Assembly: GCA_934621605.1 (NCBI GenBank) | Contig: CAKTUZ010000012.1 | Span: forward strand, 12,074-76,073 | Reading direction: 5' to 3' | DNA: 64,000 nucleotides | Source: an uncultured bacterium | GTDB taxonomy: Bacteria; Vulcanimicrobiota; Xenobia; Xenobiales; Xenobiaceae | Notes under the pieces: generated by a model | What the model saw: the letters and a program-made list of their open reading frames with translations, nothing else | Told to the model about the DNA's origin: nothing | The model's database searches: none | Made by a program: the position numbers and the translations under genes | In this document: piece after piece, positions 19,475 through 28,945 of the stretch | How positions within the stretch are numbered: the first letter of the stretch is position 1 | Layout of the letters: each line of letters begins with the position of its first letter

Positions 19475-20614
19475 ATGAAGCAGATGGTTGCCACAGCTAA
19501 AATCCAAATATCTGTAGATATGGATAGTAAAATTTTGCTTGACGAAACCATGTCTGCCTATTCTGCTGCCTGCAACTATGTTTCTGACTATGTATTCCGC
19601 ACTCACGACTTAAAACAGTTTTCTCTTAACAAAGCTCTATATTCAATACTTCGAGAAAAGTTTAGTCTTAAATCACAAATGGCTCAATCTGTTTTAAAAA
19701 CTGTAGTTGCCAGATATAAGACCATTTTGGAAAATCAGAAAAAGTGGATTAGACCATGTTTCAAGAGGCCACAATACGATCTTGTATGGAATAGAGACTA
19801 TTCTCTTACCAGGAGCTGTTTTTCAGTAAACACGCTAAAGGGTCGTGTTAAACTGTCTTATTTTGCTAAAGGTATGTCTAAATATTTTGACCATACTATT
19901 TATAAATTTGGTACTGCCAAACTTGTAAATAAACGCGGTAAGTATTTTTTACATATCGCTGTTACTTACGATATTGAAGAAGTTAGACTCTCTGAGATCT
20001 GCAACATTGTTGGCATTGATAGAGGTATTAACTTTGTTGTTGCTACTTACAACAGTCAGCACAGATCTGATTTTGTGAATGGCAGAATTATAAAACAAAA
20101 ACGTGCCAACTATTCAAAACTTCGTAAAGAATTACAAATGCGTCAAACTCCGTCGGCAAGACGTAGACTTAAAGCTATTGGTTCACGAGAAAACCGTTGG
20201 ATGCAAGATGTTAACCACTGTGTATCAAAGGCACTCGTGAAAGCCAATCCCAAGCATACGTTATTTGTCCTTGAAGACTTGTCAGGCGTTCGAAATGCCA
20301 CAGAGCGCGTTAAAACAAAAGATCGCTATGTATCTGTATCGTGGTCATTCTATGACCTTGAACAGAAGCTTATCTACAAAGCTAAACAAAATCAATCTAT
20401 AGTAATTAAGGTTGACCCTCGTTATACAAGCCAGCGTTGTCCGGTGTGTGGGCACATTGAAAAAGCCAATCGCAACAAAAAGACACATCTGTTTAGCTGT
20501 AAAAGCTGTGGCTACAAATCAAATGATGATCGTGTTGGAGCGATGAATCTGTATCACATGGGGGTAAACTATCTTAGAGATAGTCAAGTACCTGATACAG
20601 TTACAGTAGAGTAA
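19475..20614 (+). CDS. tnpB: TnpB (IS605 OrfB family RuvC-like RNA-guided nuclease).
   Basis: 379 aa with the C-terminal zinc finger CPVCGH...CKSCGY and RuvC-like segments GIDRGINF...DRVGAMN. RBS AAAGGAG. Confidence 0.85.
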   Translation: MKQMVATAKIQISVDMDSKILLDETMSAYSAACNYVSDYVFRTHDLKQFSLNKALYSILREKFSLKSQMAQSVLKTVVARYKTILENQKKWIRPCFKRPQYDLVWNRDYSLTRSCFSVNTLKGRVKLSYFAKGMSKYFDHTIYKFGTAKLVNKRGKYFLHIAVTYDIEEVRLSEICNIVGIDRGINFVVATYNSQHRSDFVNGRIIKQKRANYSKLRKELQMRQTPSARRRLKAIGSRENRWMQDVNHCVSKALVKANPKHTLFVLEDLSGVRNATERVKTKDRYVSVSWSFYDLEQKLIYKAKQNQSIVIKVDPRYTSQRCPVCGHIEKANRNKKTHLFSCKSCGYKSNDDRVGAMNLYHMGVNYLRDSQVPDTVTVE

Positions 20615-20760
20615 ATCTCTGCTGTAAAGGGTGTTGTCAACCACCCTACGATGTAACGCCACCTTAGATAGCGATACTTAAGGAATAAAAGTCGGAGGGG
20701 TAACCCGTTACCACGACTGGGCAGTTACAAGCCCATTACCTTTAGATGATGCGTAGTTGA
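20560..20760 (+). ncRNA. Candidate TnpB omega (right-end) RNA region.
   Basis: Inferred from position only: the 3' end of tnpB plus the right end with hairpin GGTAACCCGTTACC. Not validated by sequence signature. Confidence 0.3.
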
Positions 20761-21203
20761 CGGCAGCTTTATACATAGAATCGTTGTGCGAAGTTAATCT
20801 TTTAAAATGCATTCGAACCTCAAAAGTATGAACATGATATAAAAAAACATCACACGATATTATGATCGTATATGATGTTATAGTTAGACATTTAACCATA
20901 TATGATCATAATACTATATATACGTATGATCGCCAAAGAATAGTTTGGCGATCATAAATTAGATCAAAAAAGCAGGGGGGCTTTTTATGTGTTTTTTTGT
21001 ATCTATTAGTCTTATCTTTTACAAATTTGCATTTAAAAAAATTCAGCTATATATCCAACCAATCTACTCTAGATGAAAAATTGAACAACACAAAAAAAAA
21101 CAAACGATACTCACTCTATGTTTAGTTTTTACTTATCGTCGTGATATAAACTCTGTGAGCTTGTAGCTCATATCTCCATTTCAGCTTTTCGGAGGTATGT
21201 TTT

Positions 21204-21773
21204 ATGATCATAGAATCTTTGGCGCAACGTCGCAGTTATTATGCTATTAACAAAAGCTTGCCAGTTACCAAGGCGCAGCTCATACAAACTATTGAACGCG
21301 TTGTCGAATTAGTTCCTGACGCTTTTAATATGAAAAGTGCTCGTGTAGTTGTAGCTTTAGAAGCTAAGCACGATCAACTGTGGGACATCATTTATGACGC
21401 TTTTGATGGCAAAGTCTCTAGAGCTAAAATTGACAGCTTCAAAGCCGGCGCTGGGACAATTCTGTATTTCTACGATAAAAACGTTGTTGAAGGACTTCAA
21501 GCCAAGTTTCCCCTTTATGCTGACAACTTCCCTATTTGGGCCAATCAAGCTAACGGTATGCTGCAAATTTGCCTTTGGAGCGCTTTGCGCGAACTTGGCT
21601 TAGGCGCTTCCTTGCAACATTACAATCCAATCATCGATACTGCCGTATATCAGCTATTCGATTTACCAGAAAACTATGTACTTTTAGCTCAAATGCCCTT
21701 TGGAGGTATTGTTGAAGAGCCTCAAGCCAAAGAAAAGGAAAATATTAAGCAGCGAGTGACTGTATTTAGTTAA
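21204..21773 (+). CDS. Nitroreductase family protein.
   Basis: 189-aa nitroreductase-fold sequence (RRSYYAINKSLPV...). RBS GGAGG. Confidence 0.8.
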   Translation: MIIESLAQRRSYYAINKSLPVTKAQLIQTIERVVELVPDAFNMKSARVVVALEAKHDQLWDIIYDAFDGKVSRAKIDSFKAGAGTILYFYDKNVVEGLQAKFPLYADNFPIWANQANGMLQICLWSALRELGLGASLQHYNPIIDTAVYQLFDLPENYVLLAQMPFGGIVEEPQAKEKENIKQRVTVFS

Positions 21774-21837
21774 AGAAAAAAGCTGTACGACAAAATAATT
21801 ACTGATTCATACACTTTCTTAGTGCGTGGAACATACA

Positions 21838-21898
21838 GAAAGAGCAAGATTTAGTTGCCAAACAACATTTCCTCTGCTCTTTCTTTGTATTTTTTAAC
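21838..21898 (+). terminator. Hairpin plus T-run after the nitroreductase gene.
   Basis: cAGAAAGAGCAag...ctGCTCTTTCTttgtatttttt. Confidence 0.4.
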
Positions 21899-22012
21899 AC
21901 GTCAAAAAGAAATTTTGCTTGCAAAGCGAATGGCCGCCACATTAAAAATTTGATTTACAAAATAATGTACCTACAATATTTATAAATAAAAAAAGAAAGC
22001 GGAAATATTTCT

Positions 22013-22684
22013 ATGGTCAAAGGTGTTATTTTTGATTTTAACGGCACGCTTTTTTATGATACGCCGCAACAAGAAAAAGCTTGGCGTGAATTCGCTTGGC
22101 AAAATTTCAGGCGCGACATTAGCGATCAAGAATTTAAAGAACTTATTCATGGACGCAATGCCAATTTTACTTTGGAATACTTAGCCAACCGCAATTTAAA
22201 TAAAACTGAAGTTGATGCCTACGTAAAAGCTAAAGAAACTATATATATTGATATTTGCGAAAAAGATCCACAAAATACTCACTTAAATAGCGGCGCCGAA
22301 CGCCTTTTAAATGAGCTAAAAGAACGCGGCCTTCCCTTAGCTATAGCTACTGCTGCCCCTAAAATTAACATAGATTACTACATTAAAAAATTTAATTTGG
22401 AGCGTTGGTTTTCGCTCGATAAAATTATTTATAATGACGGCACTATTAAAGGTAAGCCGGCGCCAGATTTTTATCTAAAAGCCGCCCAAGCTTTGCAATT
22501 AGATGCTAAAGATTGTCTTGTTTTTGAAGATGCCATTTCCGGTATTCAGGCTGCTCACAATGCCAATATAGGTAAAATTGTCGCTATTACTATTTCTGAT
22601 ATGGTAGAAAAATTTAGGCATATGGCTGAGCTATGTGCAGTAATTGATAGTTTTGACAATTTTGATCGTTCAATTCTTGGTTGA
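22013..22684 (+). CDS. HAD-IA family hydrolase (beta-phosphoglucomutase-like).
   Basis: Motif I VIFDFNGTL and motif IV FEDAISGIQAA. Confidence 0.8.
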   Translation: MVKGVIFDFNGTLFYDTPQQEKAWREFAWQNFRRDISDQEFKELIHGRNANFTLEYLANRNLNKTEVDAYVKAKETIYIDICEKDPQNTHLNSGAERLLNELKERGLPLAIATAAPKINIDYYIKKFNLERWFSLDKIIYNDGTIKGKPAPDFYLKAAQALQLDAKDCLVFEDAISGIQAAHNANIGKIVAITISDMVEKFRHMAELCAVIDSFDNFDRSILG

Positions 22685-22940
22685 TAAGGGTCAAAGTGTT
22701 TGGGATCTTCCCTATCCTATGCTGGCTGCTGTTTGCGTGTTTAAGCTGACTGTGCAAAAGCTTAGTTGCGCTAGCAATGACAACTTAGTATCTCGCGATA
22801 TTATAGACAAGTTTGTCCGCAAATTTAATTGCCAGCTGACTATTATGGAGCATGGCGAACACTGGTTCCATACGCCAGAGCAAGTCAAGTTCTTGAGCAA
22901 GTGGGTTAGTGAACAAACTAGTACTAAACTATTATCGTGA
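22644..22940 (+). pseudogene. Possible alpha/beta-hydrolase (YqiA-like esterase) C-terminal remnant.
   Basis: Ends ...IMEHGEHWFHTPEQVKFLSKW, like the catalytic-His region of small esterases. No N-terminal part is present. Weak. Confidence 0.2.
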
Positions 22941-22952
22941 AATGAACAGTTT

Positions 22953-23399
22953 CTACTCTCTATCCCTACTAATATTATGCTCCACTATATGTAGCATTTG
23001 CTTAGCATCGTTATGGCCTTGCTTGGCCGCTTTTGCCAGCCATTTTACAGCTTCTGCATCATTGCTTTCTTCTTCCCTTAATGCAAGTATAGCTAACTGA
23101 AATTTAGCTTCTCTTGTAGATTGCTTATAAAGCCCATGACGAATGGCAAGTTCACCCTGATAAAAACGAACGCCAAGCGCAAATTGAGCATCTGCGTTAC
23201 CTAGCTCAGCAGCCCTATGAAAGCATTTTGCAGCCTCATAAAAATCACCTTTATCATAATAAGATGCCCATTGGTATAAATAATAATCTGCTCGTGATGT
23301 TTGTACGCCACAAGCTACACTAGTTAAGCCTAAAATAAGTAGTGTCAGAAGAAAAGCAAACTTGCCAATATTTTTATGTGCAAAGCAGTTAGAAAACAC
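22953..23399 (-). CDS. Sel1-repeat (TPR-like) lipoprotein or secreted protein.
   Basis: Signal peptide with LTSVACG lipobox. Sel1 units FHRAAELGNADAQFALGVRFYQG. Confidence 0.75.
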   Translation of the reverse strand: MFSNCFAHKNIGKFAFLLTLLILGLTSVACGVQTSRADYYLYQWASYYDKGDFYEAAKCFHRAAELGNADAQFALGVRFYQGELAIRHGLYKQSTREAKFQLAILALREEESNDAEAVKWLAKAAKQGHNDAKQMLHIVEHNISRDRE

Positions 23400-23490
23400 T
23401 AGAGACCTTCTTTATATTTCTATAGAAGTAAGAGCCAATGGCTCTTTCATTTTCGTTTTTAATTCACACTATTATACGAAAACTTAAATG

Positions 23491-24540
23491 TTACGGCTCT
23501 CCATACGGCCCTTCAATAAGGCCCTCTGTAGCTGAGAATTTAGGATAGCCTTCTTCAACATAATCATCTCTGTGATTGCCTTTACACTGAAGCGTGTATG
23601 TATCAGGGCAAGTATTATAGTCATAATCATAATAACAATCTGGAGAAGTCGGACAAGTCGGCATTTTCTCAAGATAAGGAGGCTGGCCATCAGGAAGACG
23701 ATCTAATAAAACTTCTAAGTTCTGAGGATAACGTCCAGCATTGTCTACGGCATACATTTCACAGGCAGTGCCTATAATTTTTAAATTATTTTTACACGTT
23801 ACAAGATTGTCTTGTGCCTGCTCAAAATCACTACTATTACTTCCATAAATTAATTTCTCGGAACAGGTAAACTTAGGATAACCTTGCTCTCTATTCATTT
23901 TTTTATGAGAGCCACTACATATTAATTCAAAGTTATTGCCATTGTCAGTAACTTGGTAAAAATAGTTTACGTTATCAGTATTGGGACAGGTTGGCAATTT
24001 CTTAATGTAGGAACGAGTACCACCTGAACCGATTAATTTCTCTAAATTTGGCGGATACTGGCCATCATTATCAGCAGCATACAATTCACACAAAGCGCCT
24101 AGCTCTCTGAGATAGAACTGACATCTGCTCAGAGCTTTATAATCTTCTTCTTCTGAAGTTAAGTCATTTTCTAAACTATTAGAACTATATGTCACATTAT
24201 TACTTACATTGTTATTGGAATAATATTCTTGAGTTGTGCTGTCACTATCAGTTATTTCATTACTATCATTCATAGATATATAACCATCTTCATAGCGGCT
24301 GCTGATATCCGTAATAGGTTCTTTGTTTTCAGATAAACGTGCCTGAAAAACAATCAAAGCAATGAGAATAGCAAAAGCGGCAAAAATTTTAATACCATAA
24401 GAAAGTGAAGCGGCAACAACACAGGCTTTGGATCTTTTTGGCGTTTCGTCTTGATAGCAACTCCAGTGAATAAAGCCTACGTCAGGTACAATAAATGAAA
24501 GAATACATAATTCAATACTTACTTCATCTTGTGTTTTCAT
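23491..24540 (-). CDS. Membrane protein with an N-terminal TM hairpin carrying the PKRSKAC motif, a low-complexity linker and two GspG/pseudopilin-like domains.
   Basis: CELYAADNDGQYPPNLEKL...YIKKLPTCP and CEMYAVDNAGRYPQNLEVL...YLEKMPTCP resemble the T2SS GspG core (xMYxLDNGRYPTTEQGL...YLRRLPKDP). Confidence 0.7.
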   Translation of the reverse strand: MKTQDEVSIELCILSFIVPDVGFIHWSCYQDETPKRSKACVVAASLSYGIKIFAAFAILIALIVFQARLSENKEPITDISSRYEDGYISMNDSNEITDSDSTTQEYYSNNNVSNNVTYSSNSLENDLTSEEEDYKALSRCQFYLRELGALCELYAADNDGQYPPNLEKLIGSGGTRSYIKKLPTCPNTDNVNYFYQVTDNGNNFELICSGSHKKMNREQGYPKFTCSEKLIYGSNSSDFEQAQDNLVTCKNNLKIIGTACEMYAVDNAGRYPQNLEVLLDRLPDGQPPYLEKMPTCPTSPDCYYDYDYNTCPDTYTLQCKGNHRDDYVEEGYPKFSATEGLIEGPYGEP

Positions 24541-24589
24541 GATTATTCCTTATTTACGAACAAATATAGACAACAAAAAATAATAATAT

Positions 24590-25777
24590 TTAATTTAGGG
24601 CATTATCATTTAAGAAACGTTTCGCTTCATCGTTACCATGTTCGCTGGCTTTATTGAACCATTCCGTAGCTTCTGCTTTATCTTGTTTAACTCCATCACC
24701 GTTATAATAAATTTTACCTAAAGTAAACTCAGCTTCGGCTCCAGCATTAATTTCTTCACTTCCCAAAAACAGCACCCCCTCTGTATGTTTGGCAACCATA
24801 CGGAACCATTTTATAGCTTCTGTTGTATCTCGCTTAACTCCGTCGCCGTTATAATAGATTTTACCCAAACTAAGCTGAGCCTGAGCATTATTACCATTAT
24901 CATCATGATCGCTTTGAGCAGCAGCTTTACGGAACCACTTTCTGGCTTTGTTTTTATCTTGGACTATCCCATCGCCATTGTAACAAATTTCACCCAAACT
25001 AAATTCTGCTCTCCCACTAGAAGAGCTATAACTATCGTAATGAAGCTTATTCCATTCAAGAGCCTTGCGATACCATTGTATAGCCATAGCTTTATCTTGA
25101 TCTGCACCAATACCGTAATAATAGCAATCGCCCAACGCAACTCGTGCATCACCATGCTCGGAAACTCGACAATCAGTTTTTCTTGCACTTTGACGAAGCT
25201 TTGCAAAATATTTGGTTGCTTCTCTTCTGTTTTGCTGCACACCGTCCCCATTCCAATAGCATTTTAATAACATAAACTGAGCAGCAGTAGATTGATGGGG
25301 CTCTCTGCTGCAGTATTCCGTAAAAGTAAAAGCATTATGGAAATCAGCGATGGTATCTCCCTTTTCAGCAGCCTCACGGAACCATTTTATAGCTTCCTTC
25401 TTATTTTGCTTTACCGCCTCACCATACCAACAAAACTTCCCAACTGAATATTGAGCATTTGCATCTCCTTTATCAGCTTGCATAATAAGATACTTTAGAG
25501 CTTCAGTTTTATTAGGTTCAATTTGGTTGCCATCAACATCTTTTCCGTTATAACACATAGTAAATGCGTGATAGAGCATACCTCTAGCAGAACCAGTATC
25601 TCCATATTGTATGATGCTTTCACGTAAGCGAGAAGCTTCATCGTCGTAGTTATCAGCTAGAGCTATCTCAACAGAGCAAAATGACAAAGCGCCAACAAAC
25701 ATTAAGGCGGTCAAAGGTAAAGTAATATTATCAATAAATCTAGTTTTACCAACGTTGAACATATGCTTACTCTCCAT
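24590..25777 (-). CDS. Sel1-repeat protein, secreted.
   Basis: N-terminal signal/TM segment, then at least 7 Sel1 units (e.g. EAIKWFREAAEKGD, QYSVGKFCWYGEAVKQN). Confidence 0.8.
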   Translation of the reverse strand: MESKHMFNVGKTRFIDNITLPLTALMFVGALSFCSVEIALADNYDDEASRLRESIIQYGDTGSARGMLYHAFTMCYNGKDVDGNQIEPNKTEALKYLIMQADKGDANAQYSVGKFCWYGEAVKQNKKEAIKWFREAAEKGDTIADFHNAFTFTEYCSREPHQSTAAQFMLLKCYWNGDGVQQNRREATKYFAKLRQSARKTDCRVSEHGDARVALGDCYYYGIGADQDKAMAIQWYRKALEWNKLHYDSYSSSSGRAEFSLGEICYNGDGIVQDKNKARKWFRKAAAQSDHDDNGNNAQAQLSLGKIYYNGDGVKRDTTEAIKWFRMVAKHTEGVLFLGSEEINAGAEAEFTLGKIYYNGDGVKQDKAEATEWFNKASEHGNDEAKRFLNDNALN

Positions 25778-25879
25778 CCATACAATTAAATGTTTTTATT
25801 TAGCTATCAACGGCGAATACCAATTTAATGCATTGTGTTCGCTTAAAATTAGGACAATAGGTTTTTACTAATATGAAAA

Positions 25880-26653
25880 CTAACCACAGCAGCTGCCAGC
25901 CACACAAAAAATCACAATTGCAGCAATTATACAACCGCAGCAGCTTGTCCATTCGTCTTCTTTATCTTCCTTGTCTTCTTTTTGTCTGCTCTTTATGCTC
26001 TCTTTTGCTGAATTAATCAATAATTTTTTTAACTCTTTTTCTTTAAGATTAAACTCTTGAAGAACTTCTTTTAACCCTTCTTCTTTAAACTCTTGAAGAA
26101 CTTCTTTTAACTCTTTTTCTTTAAGGTTGAACTCTTGAAGGGCTTCTTTCAACTCTTTTTCTTTAAGATTAAACTCTTGAAGGACTTTTTTTAGCCATTC
26201 TTCTTTGCACATTTGAAAGAGTTCTTCTTCTGCTTCATCATCAGGGGAAATTTCTTCTTCGTATTCCTCTACCAGTTTTTTATACTTTTGAAGAATTTTC
26301 TTTAACTCTTCTTTAAACTCTTGGAGAACTTCTTTTATGTCATCGTTCCAATCCCCATATTTAGCTTTTAACGCGTCAACTTTATCTTCAACGCCAATAT
26401 CCTCTTCTAATGCTTTATCAACATAAAGGTTAAACTTTTCCTTATCGCCACTCTTTCCATATCTTTCTGCTAAAGCTACATAATTTTCTGCCCTACGTCG
26501 AGCTGCAGCGGTATCATCAACAGTAACTTGGCCGCTTACTTTTGTGCGCTCACCAATTAAAATCTTTTTGCCACAATAAGAACAAAAAGCTACATCTCTA
26601 TCTTCTGGCAAATCTAAATCAGCTGCGCAATTGGGACAAGTCAAATTTATCAT
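25880..26653 (-). CDS. Zinc-ribbon protein with a coiled-coil repeat region and a C-terminal Cys-rich TM anchor (paralog B).
   Basis: Starts MINLTCPNCAADLDLPEDRDVAFCSYCGKKI, with AGGAG 7 nt upstream of the ATG at 26653. Repeats LQEFNLKEKELKE and C-terminal WTSCCGCIIAAIVIFCVAGSCCG. Confidence 0.7.
   Translation of the reverse strand: MINLTCPNCAADLDLPEDRDVAFCSYCGKKILIGERTKVSGQVTVDDTAAARRRAENYVALAERYGKSGDKEKFNLYVDKALEEDIGVEDKVDALKAKYGDWNDDIKEVLQEFKEELKKILQKYKKLVEEYEEEISPDDEAEEELFQMCKEEWLKKVLQEFNLKEKELKEALQEFNLKEKELKEVLQEFKEEGLKEVLQEFNLKEKELKKLLINSAKESIKSRQKEDKEDKEDEWTSCCGCIIAAIVIFCVAGSCCG
26020..26230 (-). repeat. Tandem ~33-39-bp repeats encoding LKEVLQEFNLKEKELKE units.
   Basis: Visible as repeated cttgaag(a/g)acttcttttaac... 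blocks. Confidence 0.7.
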
Positions 26654-26721
26654 ATCAATACTCCTACAAAAAAATATGAAACTTCCAAGAAACAAGCCTG
26701 TCTATAAAGAAACAAGCCTGT

Positions 26722-27078
26722 CTACACGCGGGAAGATATTGTATATAATATTAGGTACAACAAAGAGCAGAAAATTGAAACAATAAGTAGTCTAAAAGAA
26801 GTTAGAGCAGCGGTACCGCAAGCTTTAGCCCTTTTGGGCAACTCTTTACGATAACAGAGCCAATATACTAATCCTACTGGAGGTATATAGTACGAAAGGA
26901 TGGCCAGCCAAACACTTATTTCATCTGCTGGGTTTGAATTTGCTTCATCCTCAGTAGATAATTCATCATCAAAAACTTCATTAGAATCAGGTAGCTTATC
27001 TATCTTCTGGCTTTCGCTAAGCTTATGTTGGTCGGCTGTCTGCTGCTTATTCATAGCCCTAGTACGCAACTTACTCAT
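26722..27078 (-). CDS. Small membrane protein with the conserved PKRAKAC TM-hairpin motif.
   Basis: ILSYYIPPVGLVYWLCYRKELPKRAKACGTAA aligns with the N-terminus of 23491..24540 (ILSFIVPDVGFIHWSCYQDETPKRSKACVVAA). Confidence 0.5.
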   Translation of the reverse strand: MSKLRTRAMNKQQTADQHKLSESQKIDKLPDSNEVFDDELSTEDEANSNPADEISVWLAILSYYIPPVGLVYWLCYRKELPKRAKACGTAALTSFRLLIVSIFCSLLYLILYTISSRV

Positions 27079-27155
27079 AGTTATTCAACCTCCTTACCTG
27101 TGTTTGAGAAATAAGACCAAAGTGTAAATTTTCAGTCTATGCCTTAGTTCAGTAA

Positions 27156-27929
27156 TTACCAGTTTTTCAGTATCTCTTTAGCCTTTTCGTTCCCTGACTC
27201 TGCTGCTCGTTTCGCCCATTTAAAAGCTTCTGTGACGTTACGCTCTACACCGTCACCATTTGCGTAACTCACTGCCAAATAAAATTGAGCATCTGCGTTC
27301 CCTGACTCCGCTGCTCGTTTCAACCATTTAAAAGACTCTGCGACGTTACGCTCTACACCGTCACCAGTTACGTAACGCAATGCCAAATAAAATTGAGCAT
27401 CTGCGTTACCTGACTCCGCTGCTCGTTTCGCCCATCTAAAAGCTTCTGCGTCGTTACGCTCCACACCATCACCATTTTCGTAACGCATTGCCCAATAAAA
27501 TTGAGCATCTGCGTTCCCTGACTCCGCTGCTCGTTTCAACCATTTCAAAGCTTCTGCGTCGTTACGCTCTACACCGTCACCTTGTGCATAACTCACTGCC
27601 AAATAAAATTGAGCATCTGCGTTCCCTGACTCCGCTGCTCGTTTCATCCATTTCAAAGACTCTGCGACGTTACGCTCTACGCCCCAACCTTTTACGTAAC
27701 TCACTGCTAAACAAAATTGAGCATTTGCGTTACCTATCTCAGCAGATTCGCGGAAATATTGTACAGCTCTATTAAAATCTCCATCGCTAAAACATTGACG
27801 ACCACGTTCAAATAAATAATCTGCTCGTGCTGGCGAGTTGCTCCACGCTAAGTTAGTAAAATTTAAAATTAAGAGTAGTACTGAAATAAAAGTAAATTTA
27901 GCAGCATTATTAAACCTAAAAACTTCCAT
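27156..27929 (-). CDS. Sel1-repeat secreted protein with near-identical tandem units.
   Basis: Start MEVFRF at 27929 with a signal peptide. Six or more 36-aa units of the form AAESGNADAQFYLAVSYAQGDGVERNDAEALKWLKR. Confidence 0.8.
   Translation of the reverse strand: MEVFRFNNAAKFTFISVLLLILNFTNLAWSNSPARADYLFERGRQCFSDGDFNRAVQYFRESAEIGNANAQFCLAVSYVKGWGVERNVAESLKWMKRAAESGNADAQFYLAVSYAQGDGVERNDAEALKWLKRAAESGNADAQFYWAMRYENGDGVERNDAEAFRWAKRAAESGNADAQFYLALRYVTGDGVERNVAESFKWLKRAAESGNADAQFYLAVSYANGDGVERNVTEAFKWAKRAAESGNEKAKEILKNW
27190..27740 (-). repeat. 108-bp tandem repeat (Sel1 unit), about 5 copies at >85% identity.
   Basis: Repeated ...ctgactccgctgctcgtttc(g/a)(c/a)ccatt(t/c)aaaag(c/a)(t/c)tctgcg... 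blocks. Confidence 0.85.
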
Positions 27930-27948
27930 TTTTATCGCCTCACTCTCT

Positions 27949-28851
27949 TTAAGAAGCCATACTAACAATAATTAGAATAATGAATATGATTACCGATATT
28001 ACAGCCACACAACATGATGCCATACCGTAAATTTCACGTATAGTTCCAAATAAAAAACTTCCCTCTACATCTTCTTCTGATGTGTCGTCGCCATAAAGTT
28101 TTAGTTTGTATATAGTACGAAGTATAACTTTAACTTCAGCTTCAGAAGACTTAATAAACTCTTTTCGTTTATTAAAGCCATACACTAACAAAAATATTAC
28201 ACTAATTGCAGACACAGTAAATGAAACTTGCTCATCAGTTCCTAATACTGCCGATATAAGTAAACCCAGAATAAGTAACAATAATAATGCGCCTAGAAAG
28301 GGTATAGGGGTGAGAAATTTTTCCCAATTATAGTCTCTGTTTTTATTATCATTCCAATAGGCTACAACGCCATACCTAAGCTGTTCTTTTCTAACCTTTA
28401 ACCTATGACGTAGTTCCTTTATAGTTTCAGTTGCCAAAGCTTTTAATTTTATACGAATACAAGGCTCAGATGACAAAGCTTGACTTATATCGCTATCTAT
28501 AAGCGAATATTGTCCGTCTTCCAAGCGCTTGTGAATATCATCGGAAAGCTTTTTGTAAGTTTTACTTACATTTGACTTCAATTCATTAATTTTAGGAAGT
28601 AAGCTCTCGTCTTCTGTTAAAGCTTGTCGCAAACAGTGCTCATACATCTCTTTGTCACCAGCACTGGCATATTTTTTTGCCAACTCAAAAAAGTTACCTT
28701 TTTCAGTTGGTTTAGTAACAGTAACTTGACCGCTTACTTTTGTACGCTCACCAATTAGGATCTTTTTGCCACAATAAGAACAAAAAGCTACATCTCTATC
28801 TTCTGGCAAATCTAAGTTAGCTGCGCAGTTGGGACAAGTCAAATTTATCAT
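27949..28851 (-). CDS. Zinc-ribbon protein with a C-terminal TM anchor (paralog A).
   Basis: Starts MINLTCPNCAANLDLPEDRDVAFCSYCGKKILIGERTKVSGQVTV, with AAGGAG upstream. The C-terminal end carries two TM segments and MASCCVAVISVIIFIILIIVSMAS. Confidence 0.7.
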   Translation of the reverse strand: MINLTCPNCAANLDLPEDRDVAFCSYCGKKILIGERTKVSGQVTVTKPTEKGNFFELAKKYASAGDKEMYEHCLRQALTEDESLLPKINELKSNVSKTYKKLSDDIHKRLEDGQYSLIDSDISQALSSEPCIRIKLKALATETIKELRHRLKVRKEQLRYGVVAYWNDNKNRDYNWEKFLTPIPFLGALLLLLILGLLISAVLGTDEQVSFTVSAISVIFLLVYGFNKRKEFIKSSEAEVKVILRTIYKLKLYGDDTSEEDVEGSFLFGTIREIYGMASCCVAVISVIIFIILIIVSMAS

Positions 28852-28945
28852 ATCAATCTCCTTGCAAAATATGGAACTTTCATAAATAAGTCTGTCTATG
28901 TGCGGGAAGATATTTAGGTACAAACAAAGAGCAGAAAAAAGTATT

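Larger units (their letters stand above)
18790..20760. mobile_element. IS200/IS605-family insertion sequence with divergent tnpA/tnpB (IS605-like arrangement). The ends are approximate.
   Basis: A Y1 transposase gene on the minus strand and a TnpB gene on the plus strand. A subterminal hairpin GGTAACccGTTACC sits at ~20698-20712. No terminal inverted repeats, as expected for this family. Confidence 0.6.

Noticed and set aside
20708-20899. 63-aa minus ORF downstream of tnpB, considered as the missing GNAT N-terminus.
   Set aside because: The sequence has no GNAT-like motif and is AT-rich low-complexity, so it is probably non-coding.
24785-25267. Plus-strand ORFs inside Sel1 gene 24590..25777 (and 27488..27775 inside 27156..27929, 30983..31466 inside 29903..31537).
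   Set aside because: They are antisense to strongly supported repeat-protein genes. The repetitive sense sequence generates long antisense ORFs.
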